Source of the DNA: Takakia lepidozioides
Taxonomy: Eukaryota > Plantae > Bryophyta
Direction: 5' to 3'
Assembly: GCA_030704615.1 (NCBI GenBank)
Contig: CM060731.1
Location: 43,896,001-43,960,000 of the forward strand
Length of the DNA: 64,000 bases
The position numbers were made by a program, and so were the translations under genes. The notes under the pieces were generated by a model. The model ran no database searches. It was given only the letters and a program-made list of their open reading frames with translations, and was not told where the DNA came from. Every line of letters begins with the position of its first letter. Positions within the stretch are counted from its first letter, which is position 1. Positions 12,592-25,479 of the stretch are shown here, piece by piece.

Positions 12592-14205
12592 AAAGCACCC
12601 TGCTAATTTGTATTCTACATTTGTAGGCTTGTTCCAGGTCGGATGTTGCCAATTGGATAGCTTGTGTGAACTGTCATTTTTGACCTAAAAGATGGTGAAA
12701 GCATCCTTTCATGTGCATTGCAGAGGATATAGATCTAATACTAAAAGAGAGTAATAAGTCAGTTTCCCTCAAATCTTGCACCTCTCCTTCATTCAAAAGG
12801 AAACAGGTTTTTCTTATACACGAATTGTTTCACGTGTATATACATAAGTCTAACTGAAGCTTTTTGCTTAAAAAATTATGTATATAATATAAGGGAAACA
12901 TGACATGGGTCACTTATCAGTAAAATGTAAGTTCCCTTTTTTACAAAACAAAAAAAAAAACCAAAAAGAGGTGGGTTTTTGGTTTGTAATGGTCACCAAG
13001 TTGCCCGAATATTTAGGGTTCAGAGGCCTGACTCCATGCCAGCAAATTTTTGCTGGCTGCGACCATCACCGAGCACCATTATTTCTGGGGTTGACACCCT
13101 GAATCATCCATTCATTCATCCGTTGCCCGTGAATACGTTCGTTGTTCCTGGGGGGAATGTATCTCTGGCTGAGATCTTTGCCGTCCATCTGTATCCAGAT
13201 ATGAATATGCCAGGGCCCCACGTCCACGAGTCCTGTCAGATGTGGATGGATGTGGGCATAATTCGTCCGTTGGCTATTGACCTGGCGAAAGTTGAAACCA
13301 GAGGTAGAGTAGCATCGTCGTAGGTTTCGGACGAGCGCGAGAAATAATGAACGGATTTGATTCCCCGGCAAACTCGGCTCACCATCACTTCTGTGTCAGC
13401 CTGCCCTGACCGCCTGCCCTAAAGTGCAAGACTGCAGCCACGTGGGCAGCTCACAAAAGTCCGCTCGGGCAGTCCCTCCGCCGGCAGCGATCCTGCCGGG
13501 CCCCCTCCGGCCCGGCATAATCTGACGTGGCCCTCCATCCATCCGTCGCCCCCGTCGATAAAGCGGCGCCATCCGTGAGCTGTTCATCGAGCGGTGGCAC
13601 GGTCTCCGAGTTCCGCAACTACGAGGTCGGCACGTCAATCGAGGTGATAGCGTCCACGTCTTTGTCCACCTTCACTTCTGGATTACCTAGTATCCCTTTT
13701 TTCTCACTTCCACTCTACATTTCTCTTACGTCGCTGTTTAAATTTCTGAGAGGATCTAAAGATGCTGTTTCTATTCTGTTTCTTTTTTTGGTTTTTTTAA
13801 CCATCCCTATTTTGTTTCTGTTTCTTAATACCCCCTTAATAATTCCCCCCCCTTAACTCAGTCTTGGGTAGGGAGTGAGTGGAGGCATTTATGGAAAGGG
13901 TCAATATTAGTGGGGGTGTAGACAGTATAAGGCCTAGCCCAAGCCAGCACCAGACTCTTCAATGCATCCAGACTCTGCTCTTTATACTCCTTGTCGGGCT
14001 CTTTCCATTGGTGTCCACTTTTCCTTCTGCCCTAGATGAATGAATAACGCCTGACAGTTGATGATCTACTCTGTCCATCTACGAATTATATAATGCACAA
14101 AACTTTAGTTTGCAGAGACCGAACATGGGTTAGTTGCTGATAATAGCACTGGGGGCCCACCACCGGTGGTAGCCGGTCAGCTCACTGGCATATCCGGTCA
14201 GATTA

Positions 14206-15106
14206 GGGATATGTACCCAGTGCATTATTTGGAAAAGCCCAAAAATAGGTTTACGGTTTACGTCACCCTAGAGGAGTTTAAAGTCAAAATCCTCCTCCCC
14301 TTTCCTCAAAAAGAAAAAAGTAAAAAAGAAAAAAACTTTGGCTACATGTATTTGGCTCCGGCTTTAGCAAAGGGCGAAGAGGCTCTCACAATTACACTAA
14401 CTTCGCATGGCTCTCTCCCGCATGTATTTGCCTCCGGCTTTCGCACGAAGTGGCTCTCATTTACACTAACTATGCCGGAGAGAGACATGATGCAATCCGA
14501 AGTTAGTGTAAATGAGAGCCACTTCCCCGTGCAAAAGCCGGAGACAATTTGGCTGCGCATGTTGTGCCCCATTTCCGTTCGGCAAAGCAGAAAGGATTCC
14601 ACGGACGGAAATGCTGTGCCGCGTTTCCATTCTGGAAAGTAGAAAGGATTCCCCTGGACGGAAATGCGGTGCAGGCGTTGCATGTTGGACGGAAATGAGT
14701 AGCCGCAATTCCGTTCTTGAAAATAGAAAGGTTCACCTCGGACGGGAATTTCCGTTCTCACTGTAAATCATGAGACAGTGCAACTGAAATGCGGCACCGC
14801 ATTTCCGTCCGAGTCGTACCGTCCGACATTCCATATGGGATGGCGTCATCTCGCTCTCCGGCTTTCTTTGCTTTTTGGGATTCACGATGGACGGTAATGC
14901 AAGTGGGTTGCGGTTAAGAAGCACAAATATTGTTTACTACCGCCTTTTTATTTTTTGTTTCCGTAAAGGTGGGATCCGGTGGTCAATAGTATCCAATGGT
15001 CGGAAATGGTTAGATTGCAGCAAGGACTAGGGCTTTACAGGAAGGATGAAAAGTTTGAAACCGCAGGGGGCTAGGGTAGGGTCCACATACATGGATGGCA
15101 TATCCC
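14206..15106. mobile_element. Probable non-autonomous DNA transposon remnant with an internal foldback
   Basis: Short terminal inverted repeat TTAGGGATATG...CATATCCCTAA; arrays of ACGGAAATG/CATTTCCGT in both orientations; perfect 25-bp inverted repeat at 14447-14525. Confidence 0.5.
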
Positions 15107-16165
15107 TAAGGCCTCCCAATTGATGCCCTTCCCAAGCCCCCGTGTGCCCCATGCATGGCCATGGCGTGCACCTAAACCCTAAACCTATTGCTTCATTGGA
15201 AATAGGTTTTTAATAAAATGATGAGAGATGAAGAATAAATAAAATATAGTACTGCAGTCAGAGGTTGATTCATTCCCCATGATTGGTGTGGATGAGGACA
15301 TGGAATGAACGAATGTGGTGGTAGCGACGGCAAGAGCAATTATGAAAGACAACCATCCATGGCTTGGATGTATAACAATATTGTTGTGACTGTTTTATCG
15401 CCAGGAAAAGAGCTTCAGCTGAAGGGACAATTCTACTGTACTGAGTTACTAGGGAGTGAATCGTAGGAGAGGGATGAACGTTTTACGTGTGGGGGGAGCC
15501 TTACTTGACCTAGAAGCATGGCATGGGATGGGGGGCATGGCATGGCATGGGGCATGGCGATGTATAACAACTACCACTCTCGCTCTCGCCTCTTTCTCTC
15601 TGTGTCGTTGGCCCCCTCGCTGGCTTGCTTCAAGCTATCGATGCTCGGGGAATTCTTGAACACGTTTTGGTGCTCAATTTGGCACAGCACTGTGCTTGGC
15701 TGCTGCAATCTCTGAGTGATGTCGTTGTGAAATGTCCTGGATTGTCTAGCTTGAAATCTGTGTCCGTTTCTCGTCAGGTTGGCTGCCACATCCGTGGTTG
15801 CTGTAGGTCATCAGGCTGCTGCCATCCGTTATCTCTGGTGCTTTGTGTGAAATCTGTGATTCTATCGTGTCTTTCTCCCAACTTTGAATCAATGTAGGAG
15901 CAGTTGTGAAACGTCCTGGTGGTTGCAGCATTGCTACCGTTGCTGATTTACTCAATCAGTTTTAGCTCAATTCTGCGTCAGGGGATTGAATCCCGGCTTC
16001 TCTACCCGGGTCCCTTTGTTTCTCCCTCTGTTGTCTATTTGGTCCCGAAGCGAAGGCAGATTGTCCATCAGCTCTCTGCCACCGTTGGCCTGATGAGTTT
16101 TTAGAATTTTACCTCTGCACTTTGTAGCGGAAACTCAGCTCAACATTGTTGTCAATACTTCCACC

Positions 16166-18965
16166 ATGAACAAATTGCCTTTCGAGGTGCTCAAAGAGTT
16201 CACGGATATACAGGTGAATAAGGCGCAGGAGATGGCTGATAAAGCCGTCCTGAGATGCAAGAAAGATGGAGTTGCCTCCACCTGTTCTGAAGTGTGCAAT
16301 TCGTTGGTGTCATCTGCAGAGACCGCATCTTCTCCTGTGCATCTGTCATCAAATCTTTCCTCCGTGATTATCCGCATAAAGAAGCACCCTCTCTCCATCG
16401 TTGTGAATTTCCCTGAGGCTTGCAAAGCCAAGGGCTTTGGCGGCCACGGCACCTCTGTCAGTCCTTCTACGACGGAATCGACAGACTCGGAACGCTACAT
16501 TGACACGACGGAATCTTCCAGTTCCTTTGAGTCAGGGGCCGGGACAGAGAGGAATAAGAAAGGGCAAGAGGAAGACTCTGATGCAGAGAGCTTGTATAAC
16601 GCAGGGGGGGAAGAGCACAATGTCTGCGACATATGCTCAACCGTCTCCCTCCCTGAGCTGGAATCGGCTCAAGCTATGGCAAATCGTTCCATTTTAATTC
16701 AACACATGGCTGAGGTAAGGCTTCCAAAAACACTCACGATATCTAGTGTATGGATCTTACGTTGCGAGCATGTTGCAGTCTAAGGGCACGATTGGGCGTC
16801 GTTTTTTATTCGCTGGGCCTCTTTGAATGTAATTAGGGGCCCGCTCGCACTCTTGTCACGGTCTGGGAGGGTGAAGGTCGCACATACAGGAAAGGCGTTC
16901 CGATTCTGCTTAGGAACATTTTAAGCGCATCTATCACCTCACTGATTGAGAGCTTGATGAACTGTTATATAAACCATCTTTAAAACTTTATTGCGAGTTT
17001 TGCCAAAGACTGCGTACAGTCTAGTGTGGCTTCAAGGATCACAGTCTGGAATAGTACGTGACCCGCTAGCACAGGTCACACCTTCGTTAGCTATGGACTT
17101 GGCTGCATTGCGCTTAGGGTGTCTACTTGACTGTTGGCGACCAAGGGCAGTCGCAGATATTACTGACGTCTTATCTGTGATGAGCCCTACATTTGGCCTT
17201 TTGACTAAGCGCGCCTGACTTTAAGCAAATCGTGTCTTTCGGCGGTTGTCACAATGCGCTGCTTTCTAATTATGTTCGGAGATCTTTAGCACTATACTCC
17301 TAGTCAGGAATGCAGGTGAGTCAAATGGTGAATCTGTGTGCTCACCAGGCTGGGTGCCAAGGCAAAAACTGTGTTAAGAGTGGTGAGAGTTGTGTGTTGG
17401 CATCGTTTGCATTGAGATGGTGCCCCTGAGATTGGTTTACATTGTGTCAACCTCTCTTATGAGTGATAAAATGGAAGCATTGTCGGACAAGTTTTGTAGC
17501 ATGTGCGATTGCGCGGCCATGGCAATGTCAGGTGTCTACCGTTCAAGCCAATTATTGTAGTTGTGCTCTCAGATTCTACAAGATGCCCCAAATGCTTGTG
17601 CTGATTGATTACCTGTGTGTAATTCCTCTTCAGACCGATGCCATGATGGCAGACTCATAGTCAACTGTATGTTGCTAAGCTCAAGTATTACACAACCTTG
17701 GGCATCACAATTTGAAGCATACCAGAAGTTGGCTTGCTAATGTCTTAGACAAAATCTGTCTGGTTGAAATGAAGAGACCGAGATGGCTTGATACAGGGGC
17801 AGAAGCAGTAATCAAACACATGTCAAGCTGAAGTCTCTGATGTGGTTTGACACTTATGAGAAAGTTTGATTGCTGAATTACAATGGCTTCTATGCAGGTG
17901 GCTTTGAGAGCAAAGCTGGAACCTGGAGGGCTCTATTTGGCTGTGCAGCTGCTTGATCTTTACTGGGACCACAATAGGAGAAGAGGCAAGCGCATGGATT
18001 CTGTGCAGCTGCAAGTGCTAGCGCTTACTTGTGTCCATGTTGCCAGCAACCGGCTCAACACTACAAGGTATTGCTTCTAGTGGCTCTTTGTCCAGCATTA
18101 TTGTAGATTCAAGCCTTTTGTTCAAGGACTGTGATTGCTGTGCTTATCTGGAGGTTGTATGTGGCATCTGGACAGCACAAATTTTCAGACACTAGAATTT
18201 GGTGGTATTTTATCTGCCTGAACCCTATTTGTATTGTGCAGGACTCCGGATGAATTCTGCCATTTTGCTGGCGTTGCGGAAGGTACTGTCAAGGGTTGCA
18301 TGATTATTAGACAGCAAGCGGCTCTTGAGGGCCTTCTTGGAGGCCCACAGAAGGCAGTTCCGATCTCTACACGAGCACTTTGGTGAGTGTCGAAATTCAC
18401 ATCCTCCTCTGCATGCCAATTGTGAAAGCGCATACCTTGAGGTTAGTTATGCAGTAGGTGGGGATGGGAAGGAGGAACAGGAAAGAATATCACTTATGTA
18501 AATATGTGGGGGTTTCCAGGCGTCACATGGGTTATCCTTCAAACCAGCAGCACCTGCTACAATTTATCAGGTTGCTGAAGGGCTCCAAGTATGGAAACGC
18601 CTACTTTACAAGAGATGTCATCAAAGTGTCCCATCACCCCTGGGGCCCTTCATCACCTTCTTTTGGCATTTTATCCAACGCTACACAGGTATTGCTACTG
18701 CACTTTCGTCTCTATTACTTGATGGCTCAGGGTGCTGTCGGAACAGACAGTTGGTACTCATGTATTTCACTGGATATTATTGTTGTCTGGTATTGCTGGT
18801 GGATCTTGCAGTATCCTTCATCTACTTCTTGAATATGGTGTGCAGGTGATGAAAGCACTCTTGGCTTCAGCACAAACACGTATATCCACTGCAGCATCCA
18901 AAAAGAGGCTGGTAGACCAACCCATTGTGCTTAATCCTCAGAAACGAGGTAGGGTGCTAGGGTGA
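16166..18965 (+). CDS. Divergent cyclin-box protein, about 365 aa. Exons 16166-16714, 17898-18067, 18242-18382, 18571-18688, 18846-18965; an upstream exon is possible
   Basis: RSILIQHMAE|VALRAKLEPGGLYLAVQLLDLY...QLQVLALTCVHVASN resembles cyclin-box helices 1-3. All four GT-AG introns join in phase (0,2,2,0) with no stop. The N-terminus is Ser/acid-rich. Confidence 0.75.
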
Positions 18966-19841
18966 ACAGATGTTGAGCAAGGGGCATCAGCCCTTCTGGC
19001 CATCTGCAGTGCCCTTACAACTGCTACAAGGCCTATCGGATGGCACGGCAACACAAGTGTGCATGACTTGGATCAGTACATGTACACAGCTGAATCTTGT
19101 TCCTTCAATCGAAGGATCTCATTTGTGAGTTACCAAATGCATGTCACCGCCTGGGTGTTTCAAAATGCCCTCTACAACTTGTCTGAATTGGACAAGGTCC
19201 CACATGTACATAAATCAAAAGATACCCCACTTGTGGCTCCGGATATGGCCACGACTTGCCAGCTCATTGCTGGCTATGCAGGCATGGTTCGTTTCAAAAC
19301 TTTGCTGGCAACGAATCTTTCTCAATTTTGGACAGACACGAGGAAGTAGTGGACGGTGGTGTGTGACTTCTACAACAGGTGTTTCAAGTATTCTCCACCT
19401 CTGGCTGCCATTTCAAACTGGAGAATGTAAGTTGTATGATGGAGAGCACAATGTCAGCTCTCTGTGTCCATAATTTCTGCTGTTTCCTTGATTATTTAGG
19501 TTCTTTTCAGTTCTTCTCTGGGACAGCAAATAAGGGCTTCTCCATGCAGATCCTAGGAGATTCCTAGAGTCCAACTCTTGTTTGTACAAACTGGAATAAA
19601 GCGATTTCTCATTTGACATTTTTTACCTGTTTTTTAGGACCTTTTCTCAATGAATAATACTTTACACACAATACGGTCTTCTCTCTAGCTACCTGCTCAA
19701 GACAAATTATTTGATTTTAATTTTTGTGGAATGTGTTGTTCTCCTTATGTCTCTCAGGGTGGGTGTTATTAGGAATCACAACTGTAGCGTGGTTTCTGAC
19801 TGTTACCATAATCACTTGGTAAAACCATGAGGCCAGGTAAG

Positions 19842-20166
19842 TCAATGACACATTATATGTAACAGAGTTGAATTCGGATGTAGATTCAACAGTGGCCAAA
19901 CATCACAAATATGGAGTCCAATCAGGTTCATTCCCTGTTTTCTTTAATTTATTCTTTGAATTCTTTTTAAATTTGCTTAGGATTGTATGCATATGACCAA
20001 AAACAAAAAAGTCTACTTATGCCTAGGTATTGTATGTATTGTACGGACAATCTTTAGTTACTGTTTGAGGGGGACAATTTCATTAGAGTTACATTATAGG
20101 GTTGATGAATTAACTACATTTTATATATCAAAATAGCCGCAAGGTTAGTTACACCGGCTACAGCCA

Positions 20167-20204
<38 letters not shown>

Positions 20205-20882
20205 AATTCACTGGACGTTAAAGAATCTTTATCTTTATCTTTATCTCAATTTATTTTATTTTACTTTTATTTTTTGTATTTTTAACCAAGGGCATGAAGC
20301 CATTTAGTTTATTAGAGGGATATTTATTTATTCACAAAAATGAGGCCAATCCGAACGAAAGCAAGCGGGGCCTGGAAACAACACACTACTACTCAATAAA
20401 GTTTCATCCAGGGCCACCGTCCTGTGCACTTAAAAATAAAAAAACAAAACACTACTAGGTCAAAAAAAAGAGAAAAAGAAAAAGAAAGGTGTCATTTTGT
20501 TTTATTGAATGATTTTGTTTTCTCTTTTTGGAGGATATTTTTTATTTACTGATAATTTATGTATTGATGTTTTTTCAAATTTATGATTAATCTTTATTAT
20601 GTAAGAAAATCTAACAAGTAGGCATCTCTTTTATAAATCCCTTTTGTTTATTTATTTCTTCTGTGCTTGTCGAGTCGCTTCTTTTTCTTTCTTCTTTTTC
20701 TTTCTTCTTCTTGTTGTATACTCACGTCTGGGTATATTTGGCCATCTGCACAGCATCCTCGTGGATGATTTTCGTGTGGGGGCTTCAAGAAGCTGCGAAA
20801 TGTGGAGTCCCTGCGCTCCCCTGAATTTTTCTACCCACATTGCAGTGAGGATTGAGTCAAGCAGTTTCCAGCCGATTGCGGA
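19842..20882 (-). repeat. Inverted paralog of segments 7387-7600, 8868-8920 and 9755-10000
   Basis: Reverse-complement matches, e.g. GCAATCGGCTGGAAACT...TGAAGCCCCC and CCCTCAAACAGTA...GTTACATA, in mirror order. Confidence 0.85.
20131..20203 (+). mobile_element. Variant 3' terminus of the RLE non-LTR element followed by a long (TC)n tract
   Basis: AATAGCCGCAAGGTTAGTTACACCGGCTACAGCCAGAATTCTCTCTC... matches 1350-1414 with an internal deletion. Confidence 0.7.
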
Positions 20883-22907
20883 GCAGTGGAAATCAGCAGA
20901 GGAGGACGAGGTTTATGGACCGATAGATGAGAGAGGAAGCCGCCTGGTATGTGTCGTCATGGGTTTGTGAGTTGGCTTGTCATATCGAATTGACATGTTA
21001 GATGGTCGCAGACAAATATTCAAGAAGAAATGAGGAGCATCTTCGAAAGAAATGTTTTTCAAACCCCCCTCGATGGTGGGACGATGGAGGCAATAAGGTG
21101 AATGTCTGTTTTTGTGTGAAATTGTTAGAATTTGACTCAAAAGGTTTTTAGATTCAAATTGACGTTGATGATCATCCCACGGACTAAATCTTAAAGCCCC
21201 TTCATACTTCAACAAAAGACCTCTCCATGAGGGGGTTTCTTGCCACTTATTCATAGGATTTTTTGTGAGTTGATTAGCCCTCCATGTCATACAATGTACA
21301 AGCACTGTTGCAACAGATATGACAACTTGAACACCAGCTGCAATACCTACCATCTTTTAAGCATGGAATACCGAGTTATGCTTCTGACAATTGTGCTTAG
21401 GTTTACACTGAGGGAAAATACAACATAAACAATTTGTTATAACTCTCTGGTTGTTTGCAACCTCATATGCACCCCCAAACACAAAACTTCTTTGCTCCAT
21501 TTCTGTCTAAAGAGACAAAAGTATTCATTTCTTCAAAACAGAAAGACCCTGCTCCTTGGAAATGCAAAAAAAAAGGTGGCTCATTGTCGTGCCTCGATGA
21601 TCCCCCTCCACCATGACTTGCCACATACATCACCTAGCTGCTTCCAGCTTCTCAGATTGACCATCCACCCACATAGGTTTCTGGCACATGTTAATCCACA
21701 GTGCCTCACTACTACTCTTGTGCTTGAAATCTGGTTGTCTGAGATGAACCTGCACTCACATTCCGCCTTCAGCTTATATCCTTGCTTCCACAAACAAAAT
21801 TAAATACGTCCTCCCTGCTGCTGCAGGAAGCTGACAACGACAACCCATTGCACAACAAATATCCCACATCCTTCCAAACACTAGTTCCTCTTCTGAATTG
21901 TTGGCAAGAAACAATAAAAGTATTGAGCAACAACAAACTGACGTTGCTTTCATACTACAAAACATGAGGTCGATTCCAGCACTGCCTCTTGAAGCCCTCT
22001 AGCTTGCTAGTGATGTGATACATGTGAAAGTGGGTTGTCCAGTCACAGAAATTGTATGCCCAATAGCATTGCCCAACATACTCCACTAGCACTCTAGCTG
22101 GGAAGAGGATAGAATGAAAAAAAATAAAACTATCCATGGGAATCCAAGGGACACAAGTACAACACCAAAGAACCCTACAAACAATCATAACCATAGAAAA
22201 AGCTTTACATGAATACAGAATGACTCTTGCACGTACAACAAAGGACATAGAGAAAGGGAATAGAATTAGGAAACTAGAGAATCACAGAGATGGAACTGTG
22301 AAACTGCTGAATCAAATAGATATATCTGGGAGCAATTTCACACTTCTCTCTCTGTATTAGCATTTTCACAGATCATCCAACAACTTCAAAGATCTATCTC
22401 TGTGATTCACTAGTTTTATTGTTTCATGTTTGTGATTTACCAATTTCATGGTTTAATCTTTGTGATTTAGCAATTAAACACTTCTCTGTGATGTATTGAT
22501 TCAGCAATTTCATAGATCTATCTCTACGATTTATGGCAGGTTTGAATCGAGCATACTCTGTCATGGCCACTGCGTTTGAAAGAGGACCAACAGAGGGAGT
22601 CAACAAGAAATCTTCTGGCATTTGTGTCATCCTCCTAGCCAAACTCTCCTCATTTCCGACACTATGGATAAAATGACTTGTTATGTGCCTGGTCATGATA
22701 TAACTTCTAAGAGCAACAAAAAGTTTGGTTGCAGGACATAGTCCAGAGGTGAAACCAATACCTATGAAGATGAAACTGACCCCAGATGTAGATTTCGTGG
22801 CTCTACACCAAGAAGTAATTTCTTCTAATCCTCCAAAAAAATTCCCATTAACTCTCTATTATAATTAGGAGAACCAAGGGCTTCCTCATATTATGCTGGC
22901 TGTTAGG

Positions 22908-23100
22908 AGGTTCCCTAAGAGGCTTCCCCAAAGGAGGTTTCTTGATGGAGAAGTTTTCTTAGGAGGTATCTTGATGAAGAAGTTTCCTCCAAAGGAAGAT
23001 TCCTGAACAGTTTCCCAAGTTACTCTCGATAATTTGATAAACTCCCGATAACTTGGGAACTAATGGTAACTTATGGTAGATCATGATAGATCACGGTAAC
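22908..23100. repeat. LTR fragment of the Tcn1-like family
   Basis: AGGTTCCCTAAGAGGCTTCCC...ATCATGATAGATCACGGTAAC matches 33721-33954. Confidence 0.85.
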
Positions 23101-24173
23101 GAACCTTAGGAGCCGCCTCTTTGGTCATCCACCCGTTCTCAACTGCGTAGGTAATTGCCATGATCGCATGAAATGCACAAACTGTATTTCCCGGCCATCG
23201 ATCGCATGCCAGGCAATACGGGTGGGACTTTTGGGACCACTATCAATCACAAACTTTTGTAACTTTGGATATAGCACCTGCCACAAGAACACATTTAAAA
23301 GTAAAGGGTACAAAAAATAAAATTAAAAAAAGAAAAAACAAAGAAAAAACTTACATGAACTCTAAATGCACCACCTTCCCAAAGATGATTGCCAGATCAA
23401 ATCTATCGTAAGCAAGCTCCACAATATCCCACATCAGCATAAGGTTAGATGCGGAATGGATGTCCACACCGAATTTTAACATGAAATCACCAGGCCACCT
23501 CCTCTGGTAAATATGAGCTGTCTTGACTTTCGACCAAGGAATCTTCACCCCTGCATACAAAACTACAACACTCTGCGTCAATTTTAATTAACCACAACCA
23601 GCCAAATTAAAATGAAATTTGACAAACTAAATAAACAAACACAAAGCCAACATGACCCAATGTTACACTTACCAGCCACGAAACACCGCACAGTTTCGCA
23701 CTAAGTATCCACCTCGTGTGCACAACAAACAACATCCTTCACGTTCTTGCTCTGATTTGAAGTCGTCCTAGTGGGTTCAAAGTGAGTCCTTAATACCATG
23801 TGGTTTATCTCATTAAGTTTGGCAAAAAAAATTGCGCAAGTCATGAAGCTTCCTATCAATGTCACTCAAAACCTTCGCAGATTCAGAAGCGCGTGGCCCA
23901 CCATGCCCTATCGCATTCACCAAAGAGGTCTGCCACAAGTTGTACCTCCCTCTCCCGCAAAAGTTGTTTCCTCTTGAACGACGTCCTGAACCAGCCTAAT
24001 AGTTGCCGCAATCCACCCTTCTTCCCCAATGCTGCCAGGGCCGCATCAACTCTTTCCAAATCGCCAACAAGACCAGCAACCCGTTCCTTGACATGCACCA
24101 AGTCAACCTGCAAACTCCCACGGAGATCCTGGCTGACCCAATCCAAATCCCATGCTTCACTGATTTCTGGCAT
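23101..24173 (-). pseudogene. Decayed Crinkler-like HNH endonuclease gene with a coiled-coil linker
   Basis: Spliced reading CFVA|GVKIPWSKVKTAHIYQRRW...DIHSASNLMLMWDIVELAYDRF...|VLYPKL...WHAIDGREIQF, then frameshifted AFHAIMAITYAVENGW. This fits the HNH_2/CR-HNH pattern. It has a premature stop and is cut by the LTR fragment. Confidence 0.62.
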
Positions 24174-25479
24174 ACTGCTTCTGGCATAGCACCAGGCCTC
24201 GCACCTGCTCCTCGTGGACGAAAGCCAAAAACCAACGTAGAGGGTAATCAGTGGTCAAGGTTGAAGGCTAGTGGCTCTAAACCTAATACCAGCTCCCCCA
24301 CAAATGTCAAGTTCAAAATGGATAAAATACTACAAGTAACTGAAATTGAAATCAAGTGACAAAACATATGCAAATCTTAGAAAGCAACCAGGTTTAATCA
24401 AATGGAAAATGTACAAACCTTGAGGATGTCAAGCTATGACCTCTCAGCTCTCGCTTTGAAGTAATCTCTCGTCTGGGAGCCTCGGCCCCTTACGAGTCAA
24501 GACTCACGAGCTCCAAAGTGTACAAGAGGAACTTGCACTCTGCAGACGAGGAGCTGCAACTGGCGCAGATCGTGAGCCCACTGAGCCTGCAGATCGTGAG
24601 CCCGCCACACCTACTGTCGAAAGCAAACGCCGGTCCGCCACCCAACCCTAAACGGTGCACTCGCCTATGGAATGCAGAAAGCGCCGTGCACTTGCAATAG
24701 TGGCCTGGGCATAGAAAGCATGGGGAAGATTCTCTAAGCCCTAGTTTCGGAACGAGGATACCTGTAGGTAGGTATGCAACTTAGCTACGACTTCGTGCAC
24801 CTGCAAATGGCGGCACAGCAATCTTGTATGTCTGAGAGACAGAGCGATCTCAAAGAAACACAAACGCGCATAAAGCCAGAACAAAAACAAAGAGTAAGGG
24901 ATGCCTCACACAGAATTGAACGCAGCCACGGACCTTAGTTCGGCAATTGAGGTTAAGAAACGTCGAAATTGTAGGGAATGCAAAGAGTTAACTAATAAGC
25001 AAGAACGGTCCACCAGCGAGAATGATGCGAAGGGCCTTGCACTGCATCCCCTTTTACGAACCCCTCATCTAGACAGAAATTCTAGACCCTCTCTCCATGA
25101 CACTTGTTCAACCAATTCTCCCAAATTTCTCGTAGTGAAAAGGGTTTGGGTACCCCATTCAATATGTGGTGTTCAAACATCATACTTGGGTCCAGGACCC
25201 CCTGTAGTCGAAGCCCGCAAAAACAGTTTCCTTTATGGAGAAGTGCTAGTATAGCTTTTGACAACATTTATGCAAGTCGCTCTGGTGCTGGAGTGTCTGT
25301 CATGAAGATCAACCATGGAGCATGGAACAGCACTGGCAAGCAGGCTTTAAAGATCCTTCAAAATGGTGGGCCAATTGCTATCGCAAGGTGTGGCTTTCTC
25401 ATTATGATGTGAAGGAGTTTGGTATTTACAAGGTAATTGTGAGGGTTGGCTTTGTCTAGGAGGATGTGTTTAAAACACG

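Noticed and set aside
16085-16115. CTGATGAG as a hammerhead ribozyme core
   Set aside because: No properly placed GAAA or flanking helices.
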